A stretch of DNA of 60,345 nt, the filler included, from Fonticula-like sp. SCN 57-25 (taxonomy: Eukaryota): the NCBI GenBank assembly GCA_001724245.1. It is 3 parts of 3 records of this genome, joined end to end, with 100 filler letters (N's around TTAATTAATTAA, not from the genome) between each part and the next. Parts side by side here need not be neighbours in the genome. Positions count along the whole stretch, not along the records: positions 22,916 to 47,413 come from MEDX01000181.1; 2 more parts are not named here. One strand, written 5' to 3'. How positions within the stretch are numbered: position 1 is the stretch's first letter; every line of letters starts with the position of its first letter. The position numbers and the translations under genes were made by a program. Positions 28,967 through 40,400 of this stretch are shown here, in pieces. The notes beneath the pieces are model-generated. The model had not been told where the DNA came from and made no database searches. It saw nothing but the letters and a program-made list of their open reading frames with translations.

Positions 28967-31326
28967 ATGGCGACCGAGTCGCTGTCGGAGGTGCGCGCCG
29001 CTGTCCCTGAGCGCTTGCACGCCAGCCCGTTCTAACAAGCTGTGCGCATGGTAGGCATGCGTGGTGGTCAGGACGCAGGATACTATACCGGGGGAAAGTT
29101 TAGCATCGGTTTGGGGGTTTCGATCCCTTTTGGATGGCGCCGAGAGCGCCGAAGCACAGGCCGCGCGCTTTGAAACGTTTCAAGAGACGTGGAGATACGT
29201 GCACAATGTGTTCAAGGAGGAAGAGGCGCAGCTCAACTTGCGCGTACGAGACGATCTCACCGAGTTCTTGTGCGAACCGCATCCGCCGCTGAGGCCCGGG
29301 GCTCCCTTCCGCGAGCTGCGCACGGCGCTCGTCAGCGCTGCCGGCGGCAACCAGGAGCAGTTCTTTTCGGATCTTGCTTCCAGCGTGGCCGAGAAAGGCC
29401 GCAATGTGCAAATTGCAGACGTCGACGCGCGCAACTGTTCCGACATTCGTCAGTTTTATATTCGCGTCGTCCGCGCCCTGGCGCGGGACGATGACGAAGA
29501 TTTGGACACCCCCGCGACGCGCGGCAAACGGGCGGTCGCCTCGACGCTAGCTGGCCTGGCGAGCTGGTACGAGCAGCAGCCCGAGGGCACCAGCCTCGTG
29601 CTGTTTGTGCGCGAGTTTGAGTCTCTGGAGCCGAGCGTGTTCGGCGACTTTGTGTTTGCGGTCAGCGAGTGCTACCCCAACATCCCGCTGACGCTCGCGC
29701 TCGGCATCAGCACCAGCCCTGACATTTTGTGGCGCTCGATCCACGGCCAGGCGCACTCGCGTCTCACAAAGCGGCAGTTTGCCCTTGAGCACCCGAGCGT
29801 GGCGCTGGACGCGCTGGTCCGTCGCCTCTTTCTCTCGCCGCGCGGCTCCCTCCGCCTCGCGGCCAAGCCGTACGAGATGATGGTCGAGTACTTTTTGCAA
29901 CTGGACCTGTCGCTGCGCGGCGTCTGCCGCTTGATTGAGTACGTGATTATGGAGCATTATTATGCGAACGCGCTGAGCGTGCTCTGCCCGGCGCCGACGA
30001 TTGTGGGTTCTGATTTCGCCCCTTGGGCAAAGTCCGCCTCTGAGGGCCTCTCGTCTGCCCACGTCGCAGCCCTGCGCCGCCAGCCCAGTTTCCGGTCGTA
30101 CTGCGAATCGCTGGCCCAAAAAGGCGACGCGTCCGAGAGCGCGCTTGTTCGCCGCCTTTTGACAAACGACGATGCCGTGCGTGCGCAGGTCCCCGTGCTC
30201 CTGACGGACCTCTGGTGCTACCACCTGCGGTTCTCCATCGGCCTTTCTGTGCTGCGCGCTGTCGAGCTGGGTGTCATGCGGCGGGCGTCCCCCGAGCGCC
30301 TTTTGTACTTTAGCGGCTTGCAGCAGCGCCTCGTGGACCAGCCGGGCGTACGCCGCGCCGTCGACCTGCTGCCGCGCATGGCGGGAAACGTGCTTCTGCA
30401 CCTCGCCGATCAGATTTTCGACGCGGTCGCACCGCTTCTCCGTGGCGCCAATGAGTGCACCAATACCGCCGACCACGAGGCGGCCGCGGTGCTGCGGGAC
30501 GCTGTCACTGCGCTTCGCGCGCACAGCGAGGCGTTGGCGGCCGAGGGCGGCGACACTGAGAATGACGGCGACGCGATGGCGGACGTTGACAGCACGAGCG
30601 TGCTTGACCTCTGGGCCCAGAACGAGCTTGCGTCGGCCCGCCAGACCTCGCGGAGCCGCCGCGGAGGCGACGTTTTGCCGCGCACCGCCGGCCTCGCGCA
30701 CGGGACTCGCCTCCTCACACGCCGCCCAAAGCGCATCTCAGAGGACGTCACTGCTTTTCAAGAGGCGATCTCGGCCGTGCTCGCGCTCTGCCTCAAGCAC
30801 TACTCTGAGATGCCGCTGCACGAGCTATGGTACTTTTCAAAGAGCGTGACGCTCAGAAAGGCTCTGCACCCGCAGCCGCGCGCATCAATTCAGACGGCGT
30901 TGTCGAATCCGCAGCACTACCTCAACTATGACGCGGTGCCCGAGGACGAGCGGCCCGCCAAGCGCAAGCGCGAGGAGGGAGAGGAGGAAGAGGAGGAGAG
31001 CGATGAGGAGGAAGCAGAAAAGAGCGACCCCGACACGGCCGTGCTGTACCGCCTCTACAGCGAGAGCGGCCGGCTCATCAACCTGTACGATTTATTTGTT
31101 GCTTTCGCTTCGTCCGTGGATAAAAGGCCGACGAAAGAGCTCGAGGAATCGGCCGATTTGCGGTACGCGCACAAAACACTAGGTTTTTATGTAGCTCTAA
31201 CCCATTTACAGTGCTCGTTTCCTTCGCGCGTTGGCCGAGATGCACCTCATCGGGTTCGTCAAGCCGACGCGTCGCAAGGCCGACCACGTGATGAGGTTGG
31301 TGTGGAGCAGCGAGGCTGCCGATTAG
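28967..31326 (+). CDS. ORC3: Origin recognition complex subunit 3
   Basis: MEHYYANALS, MPLHELWYF, PRASIQTALSNPQHYL, LYSESGRLINLYD; spliced end ARFLRALAEMHLIGFVKPTRRKADHV. Confidence 0.92.
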
Positions 31327-31387
31327 TGATCAATATGCATTCTTAATAACTGTAAAACATGGCATTGTAATAGATTCGCTACATTTT

Positions 31388-32484
31388 TTACAAGGTTTCT
31401 GGCCGCCAAATGATTTCGACTTCGTCTGTGCGGAAGCGCTGACTGCACGCCGACTCGCTTATTTCTGTCGTCAGACCCGCACCAAACATAAGAATTCCCG
31501 CCTGCGCAATCATGAGGCCATTGTCAATGCAGTACCTGCGCTCAATGTTAGTCCTGGGAAATAAGAAAAATTAAAACGCACCGCTCGTCAATTGCGTATG
31601 TTTTCCCCCCGCGCTGCTCGACCATGCTCGCCATCATTTCCTGGAGGCGCACATTGCACCCCACGCCACCCACAATTAGCACCTCGTTCGAGTTGACGTG
31701 CGCCATGGCGCGCTCCGTGGTCTCTACAAGCATGGCAAAGATGGTCTCCTGCAGCGAGAAGCAGAGGTCCTCGGGCGACTCGGTCCCCTGGCGAGCCAGC
31801 TGCTCAACATGCGACAAAATACCCGAAAAAGAAACGTCCATCCCCTTCACCACATAAGGAAGCGGAATATACTTCTTGCCCTTCTTGGCCATTTGCTCAA
31901 TGTTGTAGCCGGGCGCGGGATCGTTCGGAAGCTTGAGCACACGCGCGAAACGATCGAGGCAGTTGCCTACGGCAATGTCGAGCGTCTCTCCAAAGATGCG
32001 GAAGCGGCGCTGCGAGTATGCAAGTACCTGCGTATTACCGCCACTTACGTAGAGCACGACAGGGTCTACCGCTCCCGTAATGGCGCGGCCCATTTCAATG
32101 TCTGGGACAACGTCAGCAAGGGATCGCGTGGGCAAGGGCGCGCGTACGTCCGATGCAGTGATTGACGCCAACGAGGGGGCGGTTCCACAGCTGCGCTAGC
32201 GTGCGCGCCACCACCGCCACCGACATGAGCGGGACGGCCATGCCGGGCCCTTGTGTAAAGCACACGCAGTCAATATCGGACGGCGTGAGTTTAGCCTGCT
32301 TGAGCGCCTGGTCGATCAGATCGAGGACATGCTCCCTGTGATGGCGCGCCGTGTCCTTTGGCAAAAAGCCCTGCGCCGGAGGAGGGTTGTATGTGTGTCT
32401 AATGTTGGCCAGAATCTCTCCATCGCGCAGAATCCCGACGCCTAGCTTGTTGGCGCTGCCCTCCAGGCCGATGGCCACCACCAT
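31388..32484 (-). CDS. KAE1: KEOPS t6A transferase Kae1/OSGEP
   Basis: [24 protein letters not shown] (spliced), [29 protein letters not shown]. Confidence 0.96.
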
Positions 32485-32536
32485 GATGATAGATGCCCCT
32501 CAAGTGATGCAAACTGTGCAAACATTGCATGCCGGT

Positions 32537-33658
32537 ATGGCAGGCCGCGATGAGGTGGCAGTGCCCGGCGTGCGTATCGACAGCGGCTTTGAGGTAATAC
32601 CAGGGGCCAGGGCGCTGGGTCCCGCTCCCCTCCCCTACAAGCTATACGAGAGCGCACCGCCCGAGCAGTTTCGTCTGATTTCAAAGCATGCCTCGCTCAT
32701 GTATCTCGTTTCTGGTGTGGCCCAGGTGCTGTTGACGCAGCTGCTGCACTATGAGGGCGCGGCGCGGCGGGATACGATGCTGACCGTGCTGTGCACCTAC
32801 GCGGGCATGCTCATGGTGGGTGTATCTTCCATGGCGAATGACCCGCTGGCGGTCGGCCCCGCCGTGTCGCTCCCGATGGGCCGCCTGGTGTCACTTGCAA
32901 TTGTTGACGTGGCAGCTCACACCATCAACACCGTGGCGCTCCTCCTCGCCGGATCGTCCATCTTTCAAATGGTCAACTCGAGTCTTGTCGTGTTCACAGC
33001 TATATTGGCATTTATCTTTCTGGGTCGCCGACTGCAGCCGATCCAGTACATGGCGGTGGCCGGCATCACGGGCGGCATGCTTGTCGGTGCTATCGGCGTT
33101 GCCGACGGCGGCAGCGGTGTAGCAGAGGCCGGCGACCGCCTGGCTGGCGCGCTTCTGGCCCTGACGGGCACGGCCTGCAGCGCGTCGCTGTATGTGTTGA
33201 ATGAGCGCGTCCTCAAGAATTACAATGTGTCGCCCGAGCGCATGTGTTTCGTCGTCGGGCTGGTCGGCACAGCGCTCAGCCTTGCGTACGTGTGCCTGTA
33301 CACGATGCCACGGTGGGACTTTCTCGTCACCGGCAGCATAGAGGCACACGCCGGGAGCATACCGCGCGTGATGGCGTGCTACGTGGCCCTTTTTATAGCC
33401 AGCTACATCCACAATGTCGCCTACTTTTACATGGTCGGCAAGTCGGGCGCCGTCGCGGCGGGCGTGCTGCAGGCCGGGAGAACCGCTCTCGTCATCATGC
33501 TCTCTGGAATTTTGTTTTGTGGATACGATACTGTTCAATGTTTTACTTTTAATCGCTCGTCGGCCGTCGGCATCATCTGTATCGCTACCCTCGCGTACAG
33601 CATGGCCGACGCGCCGGAGCCGCTGCCGCCTACCCTGCCGACAGTGCACGACGCCTGA
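32537..33658 (+). CDS. SLC35/DMT-family membrane transporter (start uncertain)
   Basis: About 9-10 hydrophobic helices; AGSSIFQMVNSSLVVFTAILAFIFLGRRL EamA-like motif. Confidence 0.75.
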   Translation: MAGRDEVAVPGVRIDSGFEVIPGARALGPAPLPYKLYESAPPEQFRLISKHASLMYLVSGVAQVLLTQLLHYEGAARRDTMLTVLCTYAGMLMVGVSSMANDPLAVGPAVSLPMGRLVSLAIVDVAAHTINTVALLLAGSSIFQMVNSSLVVFTAILAFIFLGRRLQPIQYMAVAGITGGMLVGAIGVADGGSGVAEAGDRLAGALLALTGTACSASLYVLNERVLKNYNVSPERMCFVVGLVGTALSLAYVCLYTMPRWDFLVTGSIEAHAGSIPRVMACYVALFIASYIHNVAYFYMVGKSGAVAAGVLQAGRTALVIMLSGILFCGYDTVQCFTFNRSSAVGIICIATLAYSMADAPEPLPPTLPTVHDA

Positions 33659-33830
33659 TAATTCAAGGAAATATTTTGTACAATTATGCGATTTTAATGG
33701 ATGTTTTACCAGCAATCTGCCCATAGTCTTTTTAGATATCTTTCAATATTTATTCATAAGCTACAGAAACTATATCACCCTGATAGGCGCGACACAAAAA
33801 AAAACATGCGAATGATGTCTAGTATGCAGA

Positions 33831-36800
33831 TTAGGCGCTTCCGTCGAGCTTGCGCATGAGCTCATCGCAGATTTCCAAAAGGCCTGCCTTTTCCTGCTCC
33901 TTGTGCTCGACCTGGGCGGTGAGCGACTTGATCGTCAGCTCGGCCTTTTGAAGCTTGGCGCCCGTGAGGCTCACTTCCTTGTCCAGCGATTCCCGCACGC
34001 GAGAAATCTCTGCATTCGCCCTACAAATCATAGCGAAAAAGGTGTCAGTTTCGGCAAGGAAAAGGTACAAGCAATGACGCACTGCTCAATTTTGCTTTCC
34101 GCATGGGAGCGCAGCGCCTCGAAGCGGCTTGCCGCCTGTACGAGCTCCTCCTTTTGGCGAATCACCGTCTGGCGCAGGGTCTCCTCATTCTGCTTGTACG
34201 CCTCGACGGCCGCGCGCGCCGCCGTGTAGCGCTCGCGCAGCTCCTGATAGGCGCGCTCAGTGTCCTTGAGGTCCGCCGCCATGCGGTTATTGTCCGCGCG
34301 CAGCGCAGCAATCTGCTTGGCGTCGTCCGACTTTTGGCGCTGCGACTGATCCACCACCGACGTCATCGTCGCCTCAAACTCTTCAAGGACCGTCTGCAGC
34401 GACAGGCTGCGCGTCGCCTCGGCCTGCGCAATCTCGCGCGCCTCGGCAAGCTCAGCCTTGAGACGCTCAATCTCCTTGCTCGACTCGGCGCGGAGGCGAC
34501 GCTGCATCTCGGCAAAGTCGCTCTCAGAGTACCGCAGCACGTGCTGCGGGGCAGGCGGGGCCGCAAAGGACGCGTCCAGGAGCGAGCGGGGGGCAGCGGG
34601 GCTCGCAGACTCGGCGGGCGGCGCCGTCTGCGAAGCACCAATCGACCGCTTGGCGTCGGCGGCGGGCGGCGTCGAAAAGCCGCTGAGAAGCCAGTCTTGC
34701 CGCGAGAGCGGGTCAAATTCGGCCGCCTGGCTCGACTCAAACGCCGTGGAAGCAGCAGCAGGAGCAGTAGCAGGGGTGGGAACAGGTACAGGAGCAGGTA
34801 CCGGAGCAGGTACAGGCACAGGCACAGGCTCAGCAACAGGTACTTGTACAGGATCAGCAGCAGGGACAGCAGCAGGGACCGCCTCTGCAAAAGGCGCGCT
34901 TGTCGGCCCAGACAATGCGCCCAGGGTCAGAGGAATATCGCCAAAGGACTGAGACAAGGCGGCGGACTTGGTCGGGCTCGATTCCCGCGACGGACTGGCC
35001 GAGCTCGCCGGCACAACAAGATCGGGGAAAAGGGCGTCAGACGAGCTGGTCGATGGCGCGAACGGCGCCGCTTTCGTCGGCGTCGACTGCGCCTTGGGGG
35101 TGTCGCTCACAACGGATTCAATTGTCGGGCGTTCCTGGGGCTCTGCAACTGCGCTCTTCTTCAATTCCTGGGCAGGCTCCGTCTTGGCCGGAACATCAGC
35201 AGGAGCTTGGGATTCCGTCGTCGCCGCCGCTGCCGCCGCCGCCTCGCGCTCCTTCTTGGGAATGTACTTTACGCTAAGCTTGGGCGGGGGGCGCTTCGGC
35301 GCTTCGGTAAAGTCAAACACCATCAGCTTTTCGTCGTCCTGCGTCGACGCAGGCGCAGCAGCAGGAGCTTCTCCTTCAGGGAACTCGGACGGCGGCGTCC
35401 ATTTCTTGGCATTCACAGGGACATCGTCAAGTGCCGATGACTTGAGTGCCTGTGTCACCTGCTCAACTGCCGGCTCTTCGCCTTCAGGGAATTCTGACGG
35501 CGGCGACCACTTCTTGGCATTGATCGGCACGTCGTCAAAAGCGGATGATTTGATCGGCACAGTCACTTGCTCAGCAACTGGCTCTTCGCCTTCCGGGAAT
35601 TCTGATGGCGGGGTCCACTTCTTTGCGTTCACAGGAACATCATCAAGAGCCGACGACTGAAGGGCCTGCGTCAACTGTTCCACAGCCGGCTCCTCTCCTT
35701 CAGGGAACTCTGACGGCGGGGTCCATTTCTTGGCATTGATCGGAACATCATCAAGAGCAGAGGATTTGATAGGAGCCTGTGTCACCTGCTCCATAACAGG
35801 CTCTTCTCCTTCAGGGAATTCGGACGGAGGGGTCCATTTCTTGGCATTGATCGGAACATCATCAAGAGCAGAGGATTTGATAGGAGCCTGTGTCACCTGC
35901 TCGAGTGCCGACGACTTGATAGGTGCCTGAGTTACTTGCTCCATAACCGGCTCCTCTCCCTCGGGGAATTCTGACGGTGGCGACCACTTCTTGGCATTGA
36001 TCGGCACGTCGTCAAAAGCGGATGACTTGATTGGCACTTGCGTCACTTGTTCCATCACAGGCTCCTCTCCCTCGGGAAATTCTGACGGCGGTGTCCATTT
36101 TTTGGCATTCACGGGAGCATCATCATGCACACTCTTCTCCTGCACAGCCGGAACAGCTGTAGCTGGCTTCTCTGCGGGGGTCTCAGCTACACTGGGGGCG
36201 TCCGCCTTCGAGTCGGCTGAAGAGCCAGCAGCAGCGGCAGCGGCGGCGGCAGCCTCGCGCTCCTTCTTGGGAATGTACTTGACGCTCAGCTTGGGCGGGG
36301 GGCGCCTCGGGGCCTCGGTAAAGTCAAACACCATGCTTTCAGCCGCATTCGACTTTACCGGCTCATCCGCCGGCGCAGGTGCAGACGGCTCGGGAGCGGC
36401 AGTGCTAGCAGTTGATGCAACAGCGGTGTCAGCGGAAGATCCCGCCGCCGCTGCTGCCGCCGCCGCCTCGCGCTCCTTCTTGGGAATATATTTGACACTG
36501 AGCTTGGGCGGGGGGCGCCTTGGGGCTTCAGTAAAGTCAAACACCATCAGCTTGTCATCATCCTGCGTCGAGGCAGGAGCTGCAGCAGGAGCATCACCTT
36601 CAGGGAACTCGGACGGCGGCGTCCATTTCTTGGCATTAACGGGTACGTCGTCCAAAACAGAGGATTTGACAGGAGCCACAGGCGGCTCCTCTCCTTCTGG
36701 ATACTCTGATGGCGGCGACCACTTCTTGGCATTGACCGGAACATCATCAAGAGCAGATGATTTGATCGGCGCTTGCGTCACCTGCTCCACCGGCGGCTCC

Positions 36801-37258
36801 CCCCCTTCCGGGTATTCAGAAGGCGGCGTCCACTTCTTGGCATTCACTGGGATATCGTCAAGAGCCGACGACTTGAGGGCCTGCGTAACCTCCTCCACCG
36901 GCGGCTCCTCACCCTCAGGATACTCTGATGGCGGCGACCACTTCTTGGCATTGATCGGCACATCGTCAAACGCGGACGACTTGAGGGGCGCCTGCATCAC
37001 TTGCTCAATAACAGGCTCCTCTCCTTCGGGAAACTCTGACGGTGGCGTCCACTTTTTCGAGTTGATCGGCATGTCATCGACGGCGCCATTGGCAGACGAG
37101 CCGGCAGCACTGGCCCCGCTCTCCTGCGGCTCCTGTGGCGGCTCATATCCTTCGGGGTACTCTGACGGCGGCTGCCATTTACTCTTGTTCACGGGCTCCT
37201 CATCAAACTCCGCGGCGCTCGACCGCGGCTTGAACGAAATGTCCTCGTCGCTGCTCAT
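33831..37258 (-). CDS. TACC-domain coiled-coil protein with long repetitive N-terminus
   Basis: C-terminus YKQNEETL...RFEALRSHAESKIE/ANAEI...GLLEICDELMRKL matches the TACC domain; one intron near 34021-34083. Confidence 0.85.
35225..37215 (-). repeat. Coding repeats: 13 x DDVP(I/V)NAKKW(T/S)PPSE(F/Y)PEG and 3 x MVFDFTEAP(R/K)RPPPKLSVKYIPKKEREA(n)
   Basis: Counted in the translation of ORF 34028-37507; third positions vary among copies. Confidence 0.92.
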
Positions 37259-37415
37259 CGTTGGCGGCAATGGACGCGGGGACTGCAAGCTCAAATCAAT
37301 TAGACGATTATTGAAAAACGGTCGTCCACGTGGACAATCAGGCTGACGCACCAAACAGCCCGCTCGCCCTGGCCCAGTAGTTTCGCGGCGCAAAGCAGAG
37401 TGGCGGCGTGGCACA

Positions 37416-40400
37416 ATGGGCGGACCTGACGACGGTGCGCACAGCCATACATGGGCGTCTTGGCTTATCATTGTGCGGCGTTGTAGATGCGATTCGTCGG
37501 GACCCATTATATGTCAAGTATGTCGCGGCGTTTGATCGCATGCTCCACAGTTTTGATGGCGTCAGCGAGTGGCAGGACTTTACGGCGTTCCTGCTTCGGT
37601 TCCAAAAGGTACAGAGGCGCCCTTTAGTCGCCGAGCCTGACCAATGCTTTGCAATAGACTCTCCAGACGGGGACGGCGTACCCAATACTGCCATCAAAGG
37701 TAGTGGCTACAAAGCGGCTCGCGCAGTGCCTGAACCCTGCCCTGCCCGCCGGTGTACATCTGAAGGCGCTGGAGGTGTACGATCTCATATTCGAGCGCAT
37801 TGGGGTGCGACACTACCATTAACCAAAGAGCGCTCGCGTCTAACTATGCGCGCGCGTTAATAGCCACAGCGCCTTGCGCACGATCTGCCGCTCTATGCCA
37901 CCGGCATCTTTCCTCTGTTTCAGTATGCCGCCACCAATGTGCGGCCCGTCGTCATTTCGCTGTTAAGCCGGTACTTTCTTCCGCTTGGCCCCCCCTTGCG
38001 TATGTGCTGCAAAGCGTTCCTTTCGTCGGTTCTCCCGGGACTTGAAGAGGATCCCGGCGGCGGTGGCAACGAGGCGAGCGAGGCTGTCCTCGCGCTCGTC
38101 GACGGCCTCCACATGGCCGTCTCCTCCTTTGTCTTTTTCCCTGCGCTTCACCTGGCTTTAATTGAGGCGCCGTCACTGCGCGTGGCCGGCGTCGACTATC
38201 TTCGGAAGCGGTTCCCGACCCTGCTCGCGCGCCAGGAGCTGGAGCATATCGTGGCTGACCCGCAGATGCTCGTGGCCGCCCTCGTCGCGTGCCTGGGCGA
38301 CCAGCAGCTCCTCGTACAGAGAGAGACAATGGAGCTGATCGTGACGGCGTTCCCCTTAAAGGCCACTGTCACGGCTGGGCTGCTGACAACCGACGAGCTC
38401 GTGCTTGTCGCGGGTGCTGCGCTGGGCGCGCTCCTGCGCAGAGAGCTGTCCCTGACGCGCCGCGTGACAACCTGGCTTTTTGGCCAGGAGAGCGAGCGTA
38501 TTGAGCAGGATGTTTGGTTTCCTATTGTGAGCAGCGCGCTCGTGAAACTGCTCAATACCGCGCCGACGGATGTGCAGGCAGCAGCGCGCCCGCTCCGAAT
38601 CATCGTCTCGCTGCTGGACCGCGCCGATGTTGGGTTGGTCGTGTGCGAGCAGTTGCTTGCCAATGTTTTAGAGAGCGCCAAGGCGGCGCGCGACGCGCTC
38701 GGCGAGGAATTCGACGCGAGCATCCAGCTTTTTCTCCGTCACCTCGACGCAAACTATCTGTGGGAGACACTCGCGCGCGGCCTTGCGCGTACCGAGGCGC
38801 CGGCGGCGCCTCTACTGCCCCTGCAGCCGCACCATATCAAGTTTGCGCTGTCTGTCCTGCGGCCCGACGACAGCGAAACGATGCAGCAGATGCTGCCGCA
38901 GCTTGTGTCGGCCGTCGCACAATCGTTGTGCGAGTGGCCGAGCCTGCGCGACACTCCGGCCCGGTTAGCGTCCTTTCACGAGCACGTCCTCTTGCTGCAG
39001 TATGTCTCGCTTTACTACCGCAGCAGTTCCACCGAGGCGAGCCGCAAAATCCCCCAGTCGAGCCTCTCGCGGCTGCTCTCGCGTTGGCTCGAAGAGGCGC
39101 TGGTGTCGGAAAAGTCGACGGCGCAGTCGAACAGGGACGGCGCCGTGACGACGCTGCTCGTGGGAGTTTACCAGCAGCACTGCCACGAAGGAGAAAAGGA
39201 TGCGTCACTGGGAAAGAAGGCGCTCGCGGCGCTGCTGTGCTCGACTCACTTTGGCGTGGCCGAGGCGTGCCTAAAGCTGATGCAGGTCAGCGAAACGGTC
39301 CCTGCGCCAGCGGCCGCCGCCTCGACGGTCGTGCTGCTGTGGGGATTCCTCGCACCGCAGCACACCAATGTTCACCAGTACGTCGTGGACTGCATCACCG
39401 TGCTCGCCAAGATGATTGGCCCCGACGTGCTGGACAAGCTCCTTCCCGTGCCGGCGACCTGCCGCACGGACGGCGCACAAGGAAATGTCCGCGACGAAGA
39501 GGCCGCAGAGAATATCCGGCGGCTAAACGTGCTGTGGATGCACTCAGAGTCGCTGGTGCTCCCGCAGTCCACCTTTGCGGCCATCCAGATGCTGACGCAC
39601 TCGAGCTCGCTCTGCCGCGTTGCTGCCGAAGACTGGTTCAGGAACTCGATGGTGCAGTCGCAGCGCATGGCACTGCCTTTAATTAGACTTTTAATTGACG
39701 CCAAGCGGGACGAGGCGCGCGCCGCCTTTGCCGCTGACCTAATTTCTATCTGCCTGCGCGGCGAGAAGCGCGCGCGGTCCTTTGTGACGATGCTCTCGCT
39801 CCAGTCTATCGATTCCATGACCGAGGCAGAGGGTCTTCTCCCGTCGGCGCTGCATATTGTCAAGCAGTTTGAGGCCAAGGAGGACGCCGAAAAGTGCCCG
39901 CCGCTGGTTTCGCGCGGGTCGCTGACGATGCTCTCGCTCCTGCAGCTGCTGCTGTGGCGCTGCGTGTCGCTCAAGGGTCAGGTTGGGTTTGCGAGCGCGC
40001 AGTGCCTGGACCTGCTGCAGCTGCGCTGCGCTGCGATCCCGCCGAGAAAAGGAATGGCGAGCAACGCCGCATTTGCGTACCTTGCCGCACAGTACGTTTC
40101 ATCGCCCGCCTGCCCACTTGAGTTGCACGGTTCGGCGCTGCGGCTCTACCGCAGCAGCCTGATCAGCGCGCTATCAAACTCTGGCGCGGCGTCGGCAGTG
40201 GAGCGCGGGGCGCTTCAGGCCGCCTTTACGTCGTACCTCGACCGCATGCGCCTGGTCCTGGCGGACCCCGCTGCTTCCCACGTCACGCCCTTTTGGATTG
40301 AGACGCTGTACGCGTCGCTTCCCCACCTGACACCCGAGCTCCAGCAGCTGATCCCGGGCATGCTTCTGCATATTGTGAGGCACCTGCACGGGCTCGCCGA

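Noticed and set aside
35225-37215. CRISPR array
   Set aside because: The repeats are in-frame coding repeats with synonymous variation and related spacers, in a eukaryotic gene; no cas genes.
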